The position numbers were made by a program, and so were the translations under genes. A stretch of 63,530 nucleotides of DNA, the filler included, from Asterionella formosa (lineage: Eukaryota), in NCBI GenBank assembly GCA_002256025.1. It is 10 parts of 10 records of this genome, joined end to end, with 100 filler letters (N's around TTAATTAATTAA, not from the genome) between each part and the next. Parts side by side here need not be neighbours in the genome. Positions count along the whole stretch, not along the records: positions 25,312 to 50,519 come from NKIB01002046.1; 9 more parts are not named here. One strand, given 5' to 3'. Shown here piece after piece: positions 35,287 through 48,849 of this stretch. Position 1 is the stretch's first letter. Each line of letters begins with the position of its first letter. The notes beneath the pieces are model-generated. The model did no database searches and was not told the origin of the DNA. It worked only from the letters and a program-made list of their open reading frames with translations.

Positions 35287-38182
35287 TTTGGATTAGGGAA
35301 AAGAAATTAGCACAACCATGCTGCCACATTTTGTTCAGATGTTTGCAGTACGCTCGTATATAGTGCTGGCATTGTTAAAGGGTTCATGCGTTGGTGTATA
35401 CTCGTTTGCTTTGTATTGCGCACTGCTGATTCCATATGCCAGAAGCAAGAAGGATCAACACAGCAGTGTGACATCTCGATTGAAATTGATGAACAACTCA
35501 ATGAAGACGTTTCCTGGGTCAAAGTCCCTTATCGACAAATAGTCGTGAGTAAACGAACAAAACAAACTTTCTGAAGAATGTTATTGGATATCAACTATTA
35601 TCCTGTGGCTGTTGCACCACGCTATACGAAGCTGCAAATGGTGAGAGTGTGGATAGTTTATTTCTGCCACCTTTCACCTACAACATGTTGCTTCCATTGT
35701 GGTTGATCTAGTCATGGCCGTCATGTCTGGCGTTTATTGCAGCTTCTCATTCCTTATCTCTACTACTAGAATGTAGAGGAACATTTTTCGGTGTCATCAT
35801 TATGCTGATCATGAGTAGAAACATCGTCTGTAAATAAAAAAACCGTTTGGCCTAACAGTTTTGCTGTAAGACCCGCTGCCCCAAAAATTCTCAGTATGAC
35901 GCATCATTTTTTGATTGATCATTAAAAAAAACCGATTGATCATGCAAAAAAACTGATTGATTGGTTAATATTGTAGCATTGATCTTACGTATAATTAGCA
36001 TAGATCACATACAAATTATGTAATATCTAATCGATTGCATTTGCAACATTAATAACGAATCACATTTAGTAGTATACACTCATCATATATATATATATAT
36101 CAATTAGTTTCAAATCAATAGATCAAACGATGTGCTTATGATCAATACAGCACTCTCACTCTTCTTATCAACTAATGTTTTGGTGTTTGATCTAAAGATA
36201 GTAATCGTGAGATCAAATCAGTTATTCATTTGGTCTAACCTTTGGAATGCTAATATCAAATAGAATTTTTAGCTTTCGATCTAACGTTCATTACTATTGA
36301 TCTAACTAATTTCTCTCATTGATCAAACCTATTATCATGTTCGATCAATGATGAACACAAATCGAATTAAATGGATGCTATTTAATACTCAAATATTCTA
36401 CTTCTGGTCACCCATACTTTCCACTGTGCATCCTCTATCAGAATGAGCACACAGTGGTCTTCAATACCTTAATTTTCACTTCCGGTAGCAATGTTTAGAT
36501 CATTGCTGTTTTCAAAATGAAATGAGAGAGTAAACGAAGTTGATGATGCTTTATTTGAACCTCTACCATTGCGAATGGCAGCAAGTCACATTCTCCAATG
36601 TTCTTGTACGACTTTCCTGTAAGAGATAATAACAACAATGTTAGCAAAACTGTTGCATCAAGTAAGCAAGGCATCTAAACATAGATATGTGCAACGAAAC
36701 GATCACATGAACAATCCATCACTCCAATTTCCGTATGAGCAGGCAATGTGCATATAACTTACCTGTGCTCTCATGGTTGATTGTTGCTTCCATTAAGAAT
36801 GGTAGCAAGCCACATTCTCCAAGGTTCCTGTATGATTTCGAGCAGATAATATCAATGTTAGCAAAAGTGTTGCAATGATTAAAGCATCTCCAGCCACACA
36901 TTTGCCACGGACTGATGACATAAACAATCTATATAACGCATTTCACGTTCCAATCGACATAACAAGCATCAAATGAGAGTATAGTAACTTACCTATGCTC
37001 TCACTGTTGATTGATGGGTGACAGGGTAGCGTTGTTAACCCTCACATCTGCATATATGAAAGTGAAAGATGTTATTAATGTCGAAATCCTAATTAATGGA
37101 CACAGACACTACAAAGCCTCTGCAGCATTGTGCACAAACATATTAAGTGCGGTTTCTTACCTCGTAATTAGGTTGATTTTTATCGTTCGTCCTGAGGAAG
37201 TGTAGAAACTTTGAGTGGCAGCAGCGCACACGAACAGCGATACAATTTTATAGTTTGCTTCCGGTCTCACACGGTACCGATCAAAAGCCCCTTGGTAGCC
37301 ACAGTTGAGAAGCAAAACAATCATATAGCTTACCTCTTCCCACCGGTTGGTTTGATACCGGTAGAAGGCTCTCGATCACCATTCCCTCATCAGTTTGTTA
37401 TGTGGAATACTAGAACGCATTACCGGCATGAATTTTTTAACACATCTCAACATTTCCTCTTCTTCAAAAAGTGTGTATAGCATACATCTCTGTATGTCTA
37501 GTAACTTTTTTGAAGGAACATTTAATACCCTACCAGTATGTATGATTAGATAGAATATGCAAGACTTAACAGGAATTCGAATACGGTACCCAATATACTT
37601 CCAGTTGTCATATCCTATATAGTGGACAGTGGAAACCATGTATCATAGGTACATATACATACCGTCAAATTTTACTGGTACTTACATGATGGAGGAATAC
37701 TGGAACTTACATGATGCTCAGAGTACAGTAACAGGACCTCGTACTTCACCGTTATCCAAGCGGGAACTACCCTGGTACCGTACATTTTGTCTATGTTCCT
37801 GTCGGTACTGTTCGAACGTTCAAGTTTGGCTACGGTATTGATCAATACTACCGGTAGGTATTTGAACATGATTGAAAACACTTGAAGTGCATTATTATGA
37901 TATAATGCCGAAGTGCTCAGATTATAACATAGGTAGTGAATGATAAATTAACATTTTTGTATGATCTAAGAGACCAACTCCCTTTTTAATCTTGGTGCGC
38001 CAAAAATAATATCAGACTTTTCCCTTTTATTATTGTTTCATTTTTTGATTTTAAAGCATCAGCGCCCCGTTTACCTTGACTCATGTACATCGTTATCGTC
38101 ATGTCCGGTAAAGGAAGAAAAAGAAGCGATAATTCTACAGTTGATAACTTGTTTCAGAAGAAGTACCGCAACAGTAACCAGG

Positions 38183-39730
38183 ATGAAAAGACTCGGAAAA
38201 AGCCTTCCTATTCATGTCCAACATAGCAGGCGTTTGGTTACTCCTGCAACGAAATTGTCTCATGAGTCCGAAGAGTTTGTAACAAATACAACTGCTTCAA
38301 CAAAGCAGCGAGATCATCATCAAGATTCAGATTCTGACAATGATGATATTTTGTCAGAACTGTCCTCTCCTGGTAACAAGAAGGTGCCACCTTATTACCC
38401 ACCCATTCAAGGAAGGAGTGACGATTCACCAGTCACTGATAATCCAAAGACAAATATTATGGACCTACATCTCGATAATGGCGACGATTTCAAATATATT
38501 TCACAGTTCCGCCTTAGTCGTGAGACAGTGATTGATCAGAAGCATCATTCTCCCTTGTTGTTTTATGTTCAACAACTTCATAATAAGATTGCCGTATTGG
38601 AACGCAAAATTTCCCTGAATAACTCTTCTATCAGTGGATACAAAGATTCCAGCCTTGCCACTATTGTTTATACAAGACGAAGGGATATAGTTGCATCGAT
38701 AACTTTCTCTCATGCAACCGAAGTAGTTGGTGAAATATTTCATACTAGAAAATTTTGTCACACCCAGGTAAGTTCATTTACACATTTAAATCTCCTCGAA
38801 TCACCTTGTTTTCGATATCGTCACCAACCATTTTTACTTTTATGTCCTTACAGTCTTACAAACATCCTGCTGAAACATGTGTGCCAAGTGGTATTGGAAT
38901 ATCAAGTCCAACAAGTCATTGGTATGCAAGATTGTGCATTTCGTTCTTGTTGAAACGTCATCCCGAAATCGCTCTTGCCGTTAAGGATGATTCTGAATTG
39001 GCGGATTGCATCTGGAATGGTGTTGAAGAAGTTTCTCATAGAGGAACCGATTTCCTATCGGTAAGAAGTGCTAAGGAGCGAAAGAAAAGAGTACTTTGAC
39101 CATACGTTTGGAGGACTGTGCATTAAACGTATTCATTACTTCCAATCGACAATGAACCATTTCATTCCTTCAGTTTTGAGTAAGTTTATTTGGATTCCTT
39201 ATTGTGTTTTTTTATTATATTTGTTTGCTTATTCTCTTCTCTTTGTTAGTTGGTGTAACCGAAACCAACTTTACGGAGTATCATAAATCCGATTTTATTT
39301 TTTGGGTTACTTCTCTGTACCAATTTGTTCACCTGGACACTTGTGATCCTTCCTCCGAGTAGTACTACTGGGCTTTCCTCCTACTATTATTAGCTCCTAT
39401 CAGCTTCTTCCGAACAGGAATCAAGAGTCACGATCATTACTTACTGGGTCCAGTAAGATCCTTCAAGCACAGGCTCAGCAAGCAAGGAAAGCGTCTTCTT
39501 GATGGCACCCATGTTGGTGATTCCATTCATCCCAGCACAGAGGCCTATACTTTCCTGAGTGTTGGCGGTAAATTTCTAGTTAACAGCACCCTGAAAAATT
39601 TTCAGTATCTGGATGAAGATACTGATATTCCTGAACAGTTCCTTAACGCCACTACCTATGAAGAAAATGTTTTGATTGGCGGATCTGCAAAGGGACGCAA
39701 TAACCTTAATAGAAACAGTTCATGCCGAGT
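38183..39730 (+). pseudogene. Fragmented ORF of unknown function inside the TIR element
   Basis: Coding-like segments (38033-38953, 38755-39099, ~39400-39730) with possible GTAAGT introns; no recognisable motif. Confidence 0.3.
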
Positions 39731-40359
39731 CAATGGGTTGACGTTTTGCTGGAATGATGAAACACTGAAGTACTACAGAGAGTTTCTTGTTGATATTGAA
39801 CAACAGAACGCAATCCAAAAGGAATGAGTATCAAACAGTGAGGGTAGGAAAGACTATTTTTGTTTTCAAGAGTTGACAACGCATAAATGGGATAATTACA
39901 ATCAAGAACATAAAAAGTTTGTAAGGAATGATCCCATACCTTCGGATACATTCAAGATCGTAAATTCTACCAACCTCCTTGACTTTGAAGAAGAGGATGA
40001 GGAACTTGGCGATAGTAGTTGGCGGCCATTCAAACATTTCACAAAATAAAAAGATGTTATCTTATAAATAGTAATTAATAGCGTTCAATTACTACATATA
40101 AAACATTCCTTATCTGAACCTTCAATCAAAAATTTCATAAATTAGTCCATCCTGTTCCATCATGTTGCACTAAGAACGACGAAAACTTTTGACTACGACC
40201 ACAACGGTGCCTCCAACCAAAAACCCAAAAACTGAACAAGAACTTAGATGGTCTGAATGGCTGGAGTAACTTAGAAAAGATGTGGAAAGTAGTGTGAGCA
40301 TAAACTAAGTTAGATTGCTAGGCACCAACATCCATGAATAAAATTTCCACATTCCCATC

Positions 40360-40790
40360 TTTCCCTTGTTTCAATACCCGGTCGTAACATGATGTGGCTA
40401 CAGTGAAACTGTACCTATTACTACGCTGGTACTGTGAAACTGTTTGTTTGCCCTACCAGCATTCCCTTCTTCCCCTTGTCTCAATGGATACCCGGTCGGA
40501 ACATGACGTGACTACAGTGAAACTGTACCTATTACTACGCTGGTACTGTGAAACTGTAGGTTTGCCCTACCAGCATTCCCTTCTTCCCCTTCTTTCAATA
40601 CCCAGTCGGAACATGACGTGGCTACAGTGAAACTGTACCTATTACTACGCTGGTACTGTGAAACTGTAGGTTTGCCCTACCAGCATTCCATTCTTCCCCT
40701 TCTTTCAATACCCAGTCGGAGCATGACGTGGCTACAGTGAAACTGTACCTATTACTACGCTGGCACTATGAAACTGTAGCTTTGCGCTAC
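40360..40790. repeat. Minisatellite, ~110-114 nt x4
   Basis: CTACAGTGAAACTGTACCTATTACTACGCTGG recurs at ~40398, 40512, 40622, 40732 with near-identical intervening sequence. Confidence 0.9.
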
Positions 40791-40949
40791 CAATCTAATG
40801 TCTATTACTGAGTATGTCGGTGCTGCATCGCTTCCGATCCAGCACTCACCCACTGTCTAATCCTATAGTTGACAGGAGACCATTATCCCTTTCTGCTTCC
40901 TTGTTCTGTTACAGTCACGTTTCTTTTGACAACTTGACATTCGCACGCT

Positions 40950-42899
40950 ATGATCGATAATGCAATATATCACTTGTTATCTGGAATGGCAAATGTTCCG
41001 AGTGCTACAAGGAATGGAACAATCTTGGTTGTGAAGGGGATACTGATCGCAGATTTTTCAATCAGGAAAAACGTGTTTCTACGGCGTATTTCATGTCTGT
41101 TCAAGAGAGAATGGAAGAGAAAGGAACGACTCTTACTGCTGGTTAGATACTTTGATCATGATGACAAAGGCAACAAGGAGACGAGGCTACATGACAGTGT
41201 CCTGGATTTTGTTCTAAACAAATTCTATGTGGTCCTAGAGTCTGGCTTGTTTAACAAAAAATCATTTGAAACTTCAAGGAAATTTCGGAAACATATAGGA
41301 CCAGCGATGATTTTATGGAAAACTCACTTTCCTTGAGATTTTAGACTATGTCAGAAAGACAACAATTTGCCACCAAATGCAGCAGAAATAGACGATTTCC
41401 TATGTTTCATCACTGATTCATTACGGTTAATCAAAACAGTTCTGAGAACCGATAACTTCCTTTTTGTCATCGACGGAATTGAACAAGAACTTGTGTTTTT
41501 CCTTAATTTATCTTTCCTTCCAGATGAATTTTTTGGAAAAGAAGAAAAAGATGATCCATTTTTACATGTGGCAAAATCTTTTTGTACTTCCGAGAAAATC
41601 TATAACACTCCTATTCGTTTTTTGAAACAAACATTCAAAACAACTGCAACATATAAAGCACTTGCTAATACCATGGAAGGAAAAGCCATAAAAGTGTTTC
41701 CTTTCAAGAATTATACTGACAGCTTAAAATATTCAAAGCTGCATCTGCCAAATGTAAAAACTTTTTGGCATATGATAAATTGCTTGTTTATACCAGCCAG
41801 GTTCCGATGATGTCTCCGGCAATAGCGACATAGTTATACCGCACACTGCCACTATGTTGATCACCAGTTCTGGAAAGAATGGCTACCCGAAACCTCAGAA
41901 ACCACACCAACATTAGACACCGACAGAATGCAAAAGGGAAATTCCTATGCCTTGGGGAATGATAATGTCCTTGTCTTTAGGAGGGAACTGTTTAAATGTA
42001 TGGATAATTGTGTGGATGAGAAGCATGCAATACATTTGTCCATACCATTCAAATTCATCTTTATGAATTTGAATTTGAAGATAAAAATTCGATAAATACT
42101 AGAAAGGAAGCAGAGGCATCCATTGTTGTGAAACCCAAACAATTATCTTTCTCAGAGGAGAAAGACCAATGTGGAATTTGGTACATTTCCGGCGGTATTA
42201 AACAACTGTGTACACAACGAAAACGCTCAGATGGGACAGTATACTACCGCTTGTTTTGCCCAGACAAAGAACATGGTAAACCTGCCGTTTAGAACCTTGT
42301 AAATTCTTCCGTGCAGCGGTGCAAGGACAAAAATTCTACTGGAACTACGTCTGTAGAGATAGATCGGATCAATTTCTATTATCATGTTACTATAATCTCC
42401 AAAGATGATGGTACGAAAACAATTTAAAGATGTAATCCAAAATGGAACAAACAGGACAAGAGTCTTCATCAGCCAATCAAATTCTTGGTTTGATTGGGTT
42501 GAAGTGAATTGGGAAAGTCGAAATGGGAAAAATTTCAGTATACCAGCAAAATTACTTTTATGGGGTAACGTCGTTTATTCAGATGGAACTGAAATGACAC
42601 TCCTTGCATCTATACGTTCTTTGAGGAGTACCACTGTCATGCCAGCCCATTATCGCATGTTTTTTGCTACAGGTGATTACATTTGTGATGAGAAGACTGG
42701 ATTAAGCGTTGTTGAGCATAACAACATCCTTTCCACAGCATTTGTAGTCCCAGCTTTAGCACCAGCTACAATCAGTAAATGTATGAGTACACGAGAAACC
42801 GTTGAAGCCATGAAAAATACAGATTATTATATTGTATTACCACCACGAAATCAATGGAAATTGATTGGTTGGGATATTCCTTTAAGTACAGAGAATTAG
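40950..42899 (+). pseudogene. Broken transposase-like ORFs (Plavaka/EnSpm-like C-terminal part)
   Basis: Same-strand fragments 40950-41336, 41367-41810, 42405-42899; the last contains WFDWVEVNWE...IPAKLLLWG...SVVEHNNILSTAFVVP...LPPRNQW, resembling C-termini of such transposases. Confidence 0.45.
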
Positions 42900-42979
42900 C
42901 ACTAATCGTCACAATACAAATTATTACGAATATACTTCAACATTTAATAACTGCCTCCGAATTCATAGTTTACTTATCT

Positions 42980-45072
42980 TTATGATTTTTCTTTTTTTTG
43001 AGAACCTGACGATGAAAATGAACTGTCATCATCCACTGATTCTTCCGATGATTTCAAGAAACTCTTGAAATCTTTGTATAGTATATCATGCTGGCTGTCA
43101 TTCAGGAGAACAGCATACCTGGTGCTCACTTTCTGCATGCCCTCAGCAACAACGAAAGCACGTTCGTATTCTTTTTCAAATTTCAAGGTTTCTTTATTAC
43201 CATGCCAATGGTAAGATTCTACGTGATGATGAACCATTTTACTAAGATACGTCAGTTCAGTTGTAGTTAACATCGGAGATAACTTGAATTCAGGATTGAA
43301 CTCCACTGCTGCAACTTTGTCACAACATGAACCCACAATGGTGTTGAGAACATATACCATAACTGCATCTTCAACGTCATTTTCTGGATTACCAGGAAAT
43401 GACAATCCATTTTGATTTTCACCCTTAAATTTCATTTTCATAATGTATCCCAACCATCCTTTGTTAAACGTGACTCACTTCGTTTCCCCATAAAATTAGT
43501 TTCTCCACCACTGTATTGTAGTTGTAGTAGTAATTCCATAAACTTCACAATTGTAAAGGGACCACATGACCATCCACCATCCTTGGTTGGTTGGAAAATC
43601 TTTGAATCTGAATGTTTCGCTATAAAACATTTCAGAGGGCCTTTCCCACGGAAACCACCGCCCACCTTAAATTGAGGTTCCCCATCGGTGTAACCTCGGA
43701 TTTTTGGTAACTCTCTCGACGTTCGTCTGGAGGGTTGGAGATAAAAACTGTTAGATGGATAAGGACGTTTAGTATTCCAGTAATTTCTGTCTTGAGATTC
43801 AACAATTACATGAATGTTTGAGGGATGCAGTTCATGAACAATGACCTTCACAATGGCGGTCACAATTTCAATATCCCAATATGCACAATTGTCCAGTTCA
43901 TTACTCATTACGATTTTCCCTGTACTGCTTCTCTGACAATCGAAGGGAATACTCATTCCTGCAATATTGACGTACTTCTGAGGGGGAGCAAGAGTATGTA
44001 TTGTAGTAAAGCATATGTGACTCCGGACCCAACGGAAGTGGGAACCGGAAAGGTGAATCAAATACTTGGCAATTCACGCAGAATGGGCAGGACATGCTTT
44101 CCACACAAAAAAAGAGGGTGAAACACTACAAAGGTGATTGTTGAAACATTCCAATTCCTCGCCATATCCCGAAACAGCAGCTGCTACCTCTCCCTTTATC
44201 GATTCTTTCGATACAAGCAATTGATGTGTTTCTTCACTTCTCCTCACTCTTTCGCATAAATATTTATGAATTCCTTCATCAAATAATTTCAATAATGATT
44301 TATCCTTACAGTATAAATCACTTATCTCCTTGACCTGCTCAATTACTGTCCCAGTGACTGCAACAGTTTCGGAAATCTTTGGTAAGTAGTCATGAATTAC
44401 ATCTAGACTGGCAACCATGTCCTGTTTCAATATTTCCAACTCCTTACTAGATAAATGGGACAAATCACTTTCCTCCTCGACCTGTTTTTTTAAAATTTAC
44501 TTTCCCAATCACTCCTACAATTTCGGAACTCTTTGGTGACAAGTCATGGACTGCTTCTTCCGGATTGGTAACCATGTCTGGAGTTGCCTTTAATTTACAT
44601 TTGCTTTTGCTTTGGAAGCAGGGGGAGATTTTATATCAGGTCTATCAGATTCGATAGACTCAATTAGACGCTGTGAGGAAGTAGAAACAAGATCTACCAC
44701 GGGCATACAAGCAACACGATCTTTACTTCTTGGAATGGTATTGGGAGAAGATGAACTGGCATCAACTATTTTGTTTTCACTCGCCTGTGTCAATGCATAA
44801 ACGGAGAATGCACGACGTCAGTGATCTTTATTTGGAATGACAGGTATGACTAATTCCATCGGCTTGTCAGGAAAAAAAGTTTCCCAATTTTTGCGATGCT
44901 TCTCAAATGTGGCCGTTATGGTGCACAGAAGCTTGTTCCTCTTTTCTTCCGTATCAATACCAGCACCAACAATATTAGTAAAAATACAGGGATCATTTGA
45001 AACGCCCCAATAATGGGGAAGTTTATCAACATCATTGGACTCATTTCGACAACCATTGTTGCTGTATGACAT
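42980..45072 (-). pseudogene. Frameshifted accessory ORF of the TIR element, unknown function
   Basis: Abutting minus-strand ORFs 44818-45072, 44590-44793, 44074-44463, 43438-44061, 42980-43453 in shifting frames, convergent with the 42405-42899 ORF. Confidence 0.4.
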
Positions 45073-47409
45073 TGGAATCAGCTATTGATTGAATAATGGT
45101 TCTGGTACCCTCATAAATATTTTACACTTCTTCGGAGTGGCAAGAACATATGTGTGGGACAAGCTACACTACGTATTTATAAGCTATATAAATATAGCGG
45201 TCACTTTGTGGAAAGTATATGTGTGGCAATGGGGTTAGGCTGTCCTATATAGTGCCTCTGATGTTGCCGATAAAGACGAGATTTCTTAAAACAATGGGAT
45301 TGTACAATGTTATTAAGCAAAGTTACGATTGTTATTTCGAACCCCCTGCTATTCAAGGTTCATGTGATGCTACTATTTCCTGAATGAAATTAAACTACTT
45401 CCTGATTAGTGATGTTGCGGCTCTAATTCTGCAGCATAAAAATGTTCTCGCCAATAGCTATTCAATGAGAATGGAAGACCCATGATTAAGGCCATGAGCA
45501 ACAAACTTTGCCGCCATCTGGTCCATCTTCACTTTGATCCACATCTCATCTTGAAGAACAGATTCGAAATACGGATCGATGTTCGCAATGGGCGAATTAT
45601 GATCAAAAGGTATTATCTTCTTGATTTCGGTTGGAATTGGAATCGGTATGGCCTTCAATGCATCGTTCTCCAATTCTGTCATATAAATTGACCAAAGCTT
45701 TTGATTTCGAGAAACAAACAAAAAATCAAACTTCGCCAGCATAATTCCCCATCAATATCGAGACCATATCATTCGTTATAAGACTGAGATCATCGTCGTC
45801 CCCGCAAGAAGGTAGCTCATAAGGGATTCAATGAATGCACATGGCTTGTAAGAAATTCGATTACTGATATGTGAATGGAGAGATAATGACGAATACTACC
45901 AGTACAAGAATTGGATCAAAGCATGTACCGGTAGAGCATTCAAATCGGAATGGCAACAAGGAACGCACCGCTGTTGCACAGAATTCATTCTGATACTAGC
46001 ATTGTTGGGTCCAAGGTTTACATACATGTAAGGTGATCTGTGTAAAGTCATAACCTTCGCTAAAACAATAATTGATCAAAGAGCAACAGCTATTGATCAA
46101 TCAAACAACGTATCAATATATCAAAGCATTTGGTTTGCAGATAAGTTTTGATAACTAATATATAGTATGACTTCTATCTATGCGTAACCTGACGTGTGTA
46201 AGAAAATAATCTGACAAACAAATTTGACTGACCACACCAACACGTCATTGATATATCAAAATGATCATCAACATAACAAAACAATTGATCAATGTATCAA
46301 CAAGTTGGGCTAACCCATTAGATTTGGTAACTAATATATACGAGTTCTTATAAACGCATAACCTAATGTGTGTATGCTAGTAAAATAACGTACAAATTTG
46401 ATTGATCATACAGGAGACACTGCCATTGATATATCAAAATAATCATCAACATGTCAAAATATTTGAATAATCAATCGGTTTTTTTTAACGTATGCTGAGT
46501 AAAACGTTAGATCTAATGGAAAATCTATTCACAGACGATATACAATTTGGATCACTAGAAATGGGAAAAATTCTGGCTTGGAGTTTTTCAGAGACAAAGA
46601 GCTGGGCGCATGTATTGCCCTGACACTCGTAACTTCATTGAATAGGGTGTCAGTGAAAACCGGTGCCCAGAGGTGCTTATGAAGAATCAAATGCGCTTGT
46701 CTGGTCCGAATACATTGGGTAATCTGATTGTTAGTTGGGTGGAGCTTTGGAGAGTCTTTCGCCAAGCCAGGCTGACAGGGTCAATGGTGGATTGGCGATC
46801 TAAGCTGGAGGTATGGGAGATGAAGTGGCTGTCAGTATTGGTAGGAAGGTACTAGTAAGAGCTGTATAAAATGTTATAACTGGTGAGTTGAACCATGACA
46901 GAAAAAGTGGTACAGAAAGGGCGTTCTTGTTGTTGAAATCAAGTGTCATACTATGGTTGCCATTCACTGCCACTGGTTCATTCAATCCAGCTGCAGGAGT
47001 CGAGATCCAATTCCATTGTCTGCAAATAAAAAGTATCTTACTTGTAAGATCAGGGGTATTATACAATAACTGGCACAGAATTTTTCTCCACATCATACAT
47101 ATTTTGTTATATGTATGATAAATGCATACTATGAAAGTGAACAGGTTAAGCATACTTATAATGATAATCAAAACACCATATAATTAGTATCAAAACATTA
47201 TCTTATGATGTACATTCTTTCGTCACTGATGAAAGAATATATATATGGCATATATATATATGGTTACATGATGGTAACTCTAATTTAAATAAGTGTTAAA
47301 AATAGGTTGAAATGAACTGTCTGTTATTTTTCCTGTTATATCACGAAATGACTTTTATGTTTCTACATTTTGTGAGTTTTGACAGCCAATGTTCCCCTTT
47401 TCTAATGTC

Positions 47410-47560
47410 TCAATGCTCTTGACGACGCATGCCTACCGCCTCCCTGCAACGCTCTTGAGGATGCATGCCTCCCCCCGCCTCCCTTCAATTCTCTTGATGC
47501 ATGACTCCCGCTTCTCTTCAATACTCTTGAGGATGCATGCCTTCCGCCTCCCTTCCACTC
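47410..47560. repeat. Tandem repeat ~35-39 nt x4
   Basis: CTCTTGAGGATGCATGCC...CGCCTCCCTTCAA unit repeated. Confidence 0.75.
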
Positions 47561-47871
47561 TGATTCTGAAACTTGTCTGACTACTTGCTGCAAATCCCAT
47601 TTCCTTTTGATCTGATTCTGAATTCGCGTGCGCTATTCCGTTCCTGTTTTACCAATTTTGATTTCCTAATCATACTAACAACGAGAAAGAATTATTCGCT
47701 TGTTAGCCATGTTTTGTTTATACCTCAACACTGCAGTCCCATTTTATCATGCTTCACTTACCAGAAATCGATGAACTTTTCGCATAATTCTATAGAATAA
47801 AGTGTCAGTCTAATATCGCTTACTAAGTAACACATCAATTAACCGGTCCACCAATGTCATTTATAACTTAC

Positions 47872-48058
47872 AACAAAACTGTTTGAAAAATAAAATTCCT
47901 GAAAGATTTAAAAACACGCATGTGTCAGTGATGTTCTAACATTTGTTCATTGATCCGACAACATACAATAAAACTGTTTGAAAAAAAAAATCCTGAAAGA
48001 TTTAAAAACACGCATGTGTCAGTGATGTTCTAACATTTGTTCATTGATCCGACAACAT
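47872..48058. repeat. Tandem duplication ~95 nt x2
   Basis: CCTGAAAGATTTAAAAACACGCATGTGTCAGTGATGTTCTAACATTTGTTCATTGATCCGACAACAT occurs twice. Confidence 0.85.
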
Positions 48059-48849
48059 TATTTACCAATTTTTTGTCGATATTGGTGGTGTCCCACTGAA
48101 TGCAAAATTTCCTGTTTAATTGCTAGGGAAGAAAGCAATCATTTAGTCTTTGTGAACCCAAAAATCGACACCTTGGCATGTGCTCTTGACATACAATAGC
48201 TAGATTCTGTTCGGTTTTCCTTTTTCAATCCTTCTACTAAGCCGCAAGGTTTATCATCATTTTGTGCATTGTAGCGTCGTTCTTTCAGTTTTCTTGTCAT
48301 ATGGCAGTGACAATCTTTCATTTCAGAATCACGTGTTACCGGTATGCATAACAAGGAGCCTCTAAACCCTAAACATGATTTCAAAAAAATAGGTTATGTG
48401 TACATTTATTAAAAATTTGTAAACATATAAATATATACACAACATACTTCACCTCATTGGACAAGCTGGTTTGACCAGTGGATACTGATTTGTTGGCATT
48501 GTCAGGAAATGGAGGAGTAACATGACAGGTGCCTTCATCAACGTTCTGAAGAGAAAGAAATATGTATTTTAATTAGTATGCTCGACCATGGCGGGAACTC
48601 AAATATGACAACAACAATCAAGAAGCACATACCTGTCCTGTCACTCTTCCTTGTTGAATACGAGTTAATGCAGAACACCGGTTCCATCATGTTCCGGCTG
48701 CTTTACGGAGTTTGCGATAGCTCATTGAGATTGACGATTTTTCGTTGGCATTGTAGATGATTATATAGAAGTAACAAAAGTGATATTGTGATTAGAGAGC
48801 AAGAATGAAACAATACTATTGTAGAGCAGCGGAAAAAAGCCAACACATG

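Larger units (their letters stand above)
35825..46537. mobile_element. 10.7-kb decayed TIR DNA transposon with 2-bp AT target duplication (EnSpm/CACTA- or Plavaka-like)
   Basis: AT|CGTCTGTAAATA... and ...TATTCACAGACG|AT; ~40-nt imperfect TIR; GATCA-rich subterminal arms; both arms are joined in the derivative at 29346-30970; multiple broken ORFs inside. Confidence 0.7.

Noticed and set aside
40360..40790. CRISPR-like regularly spaced repeats
   Set aside because: Intervening sequences are near-identical rather than unique spacers; no cas genes; eukaryotic minisatellite.
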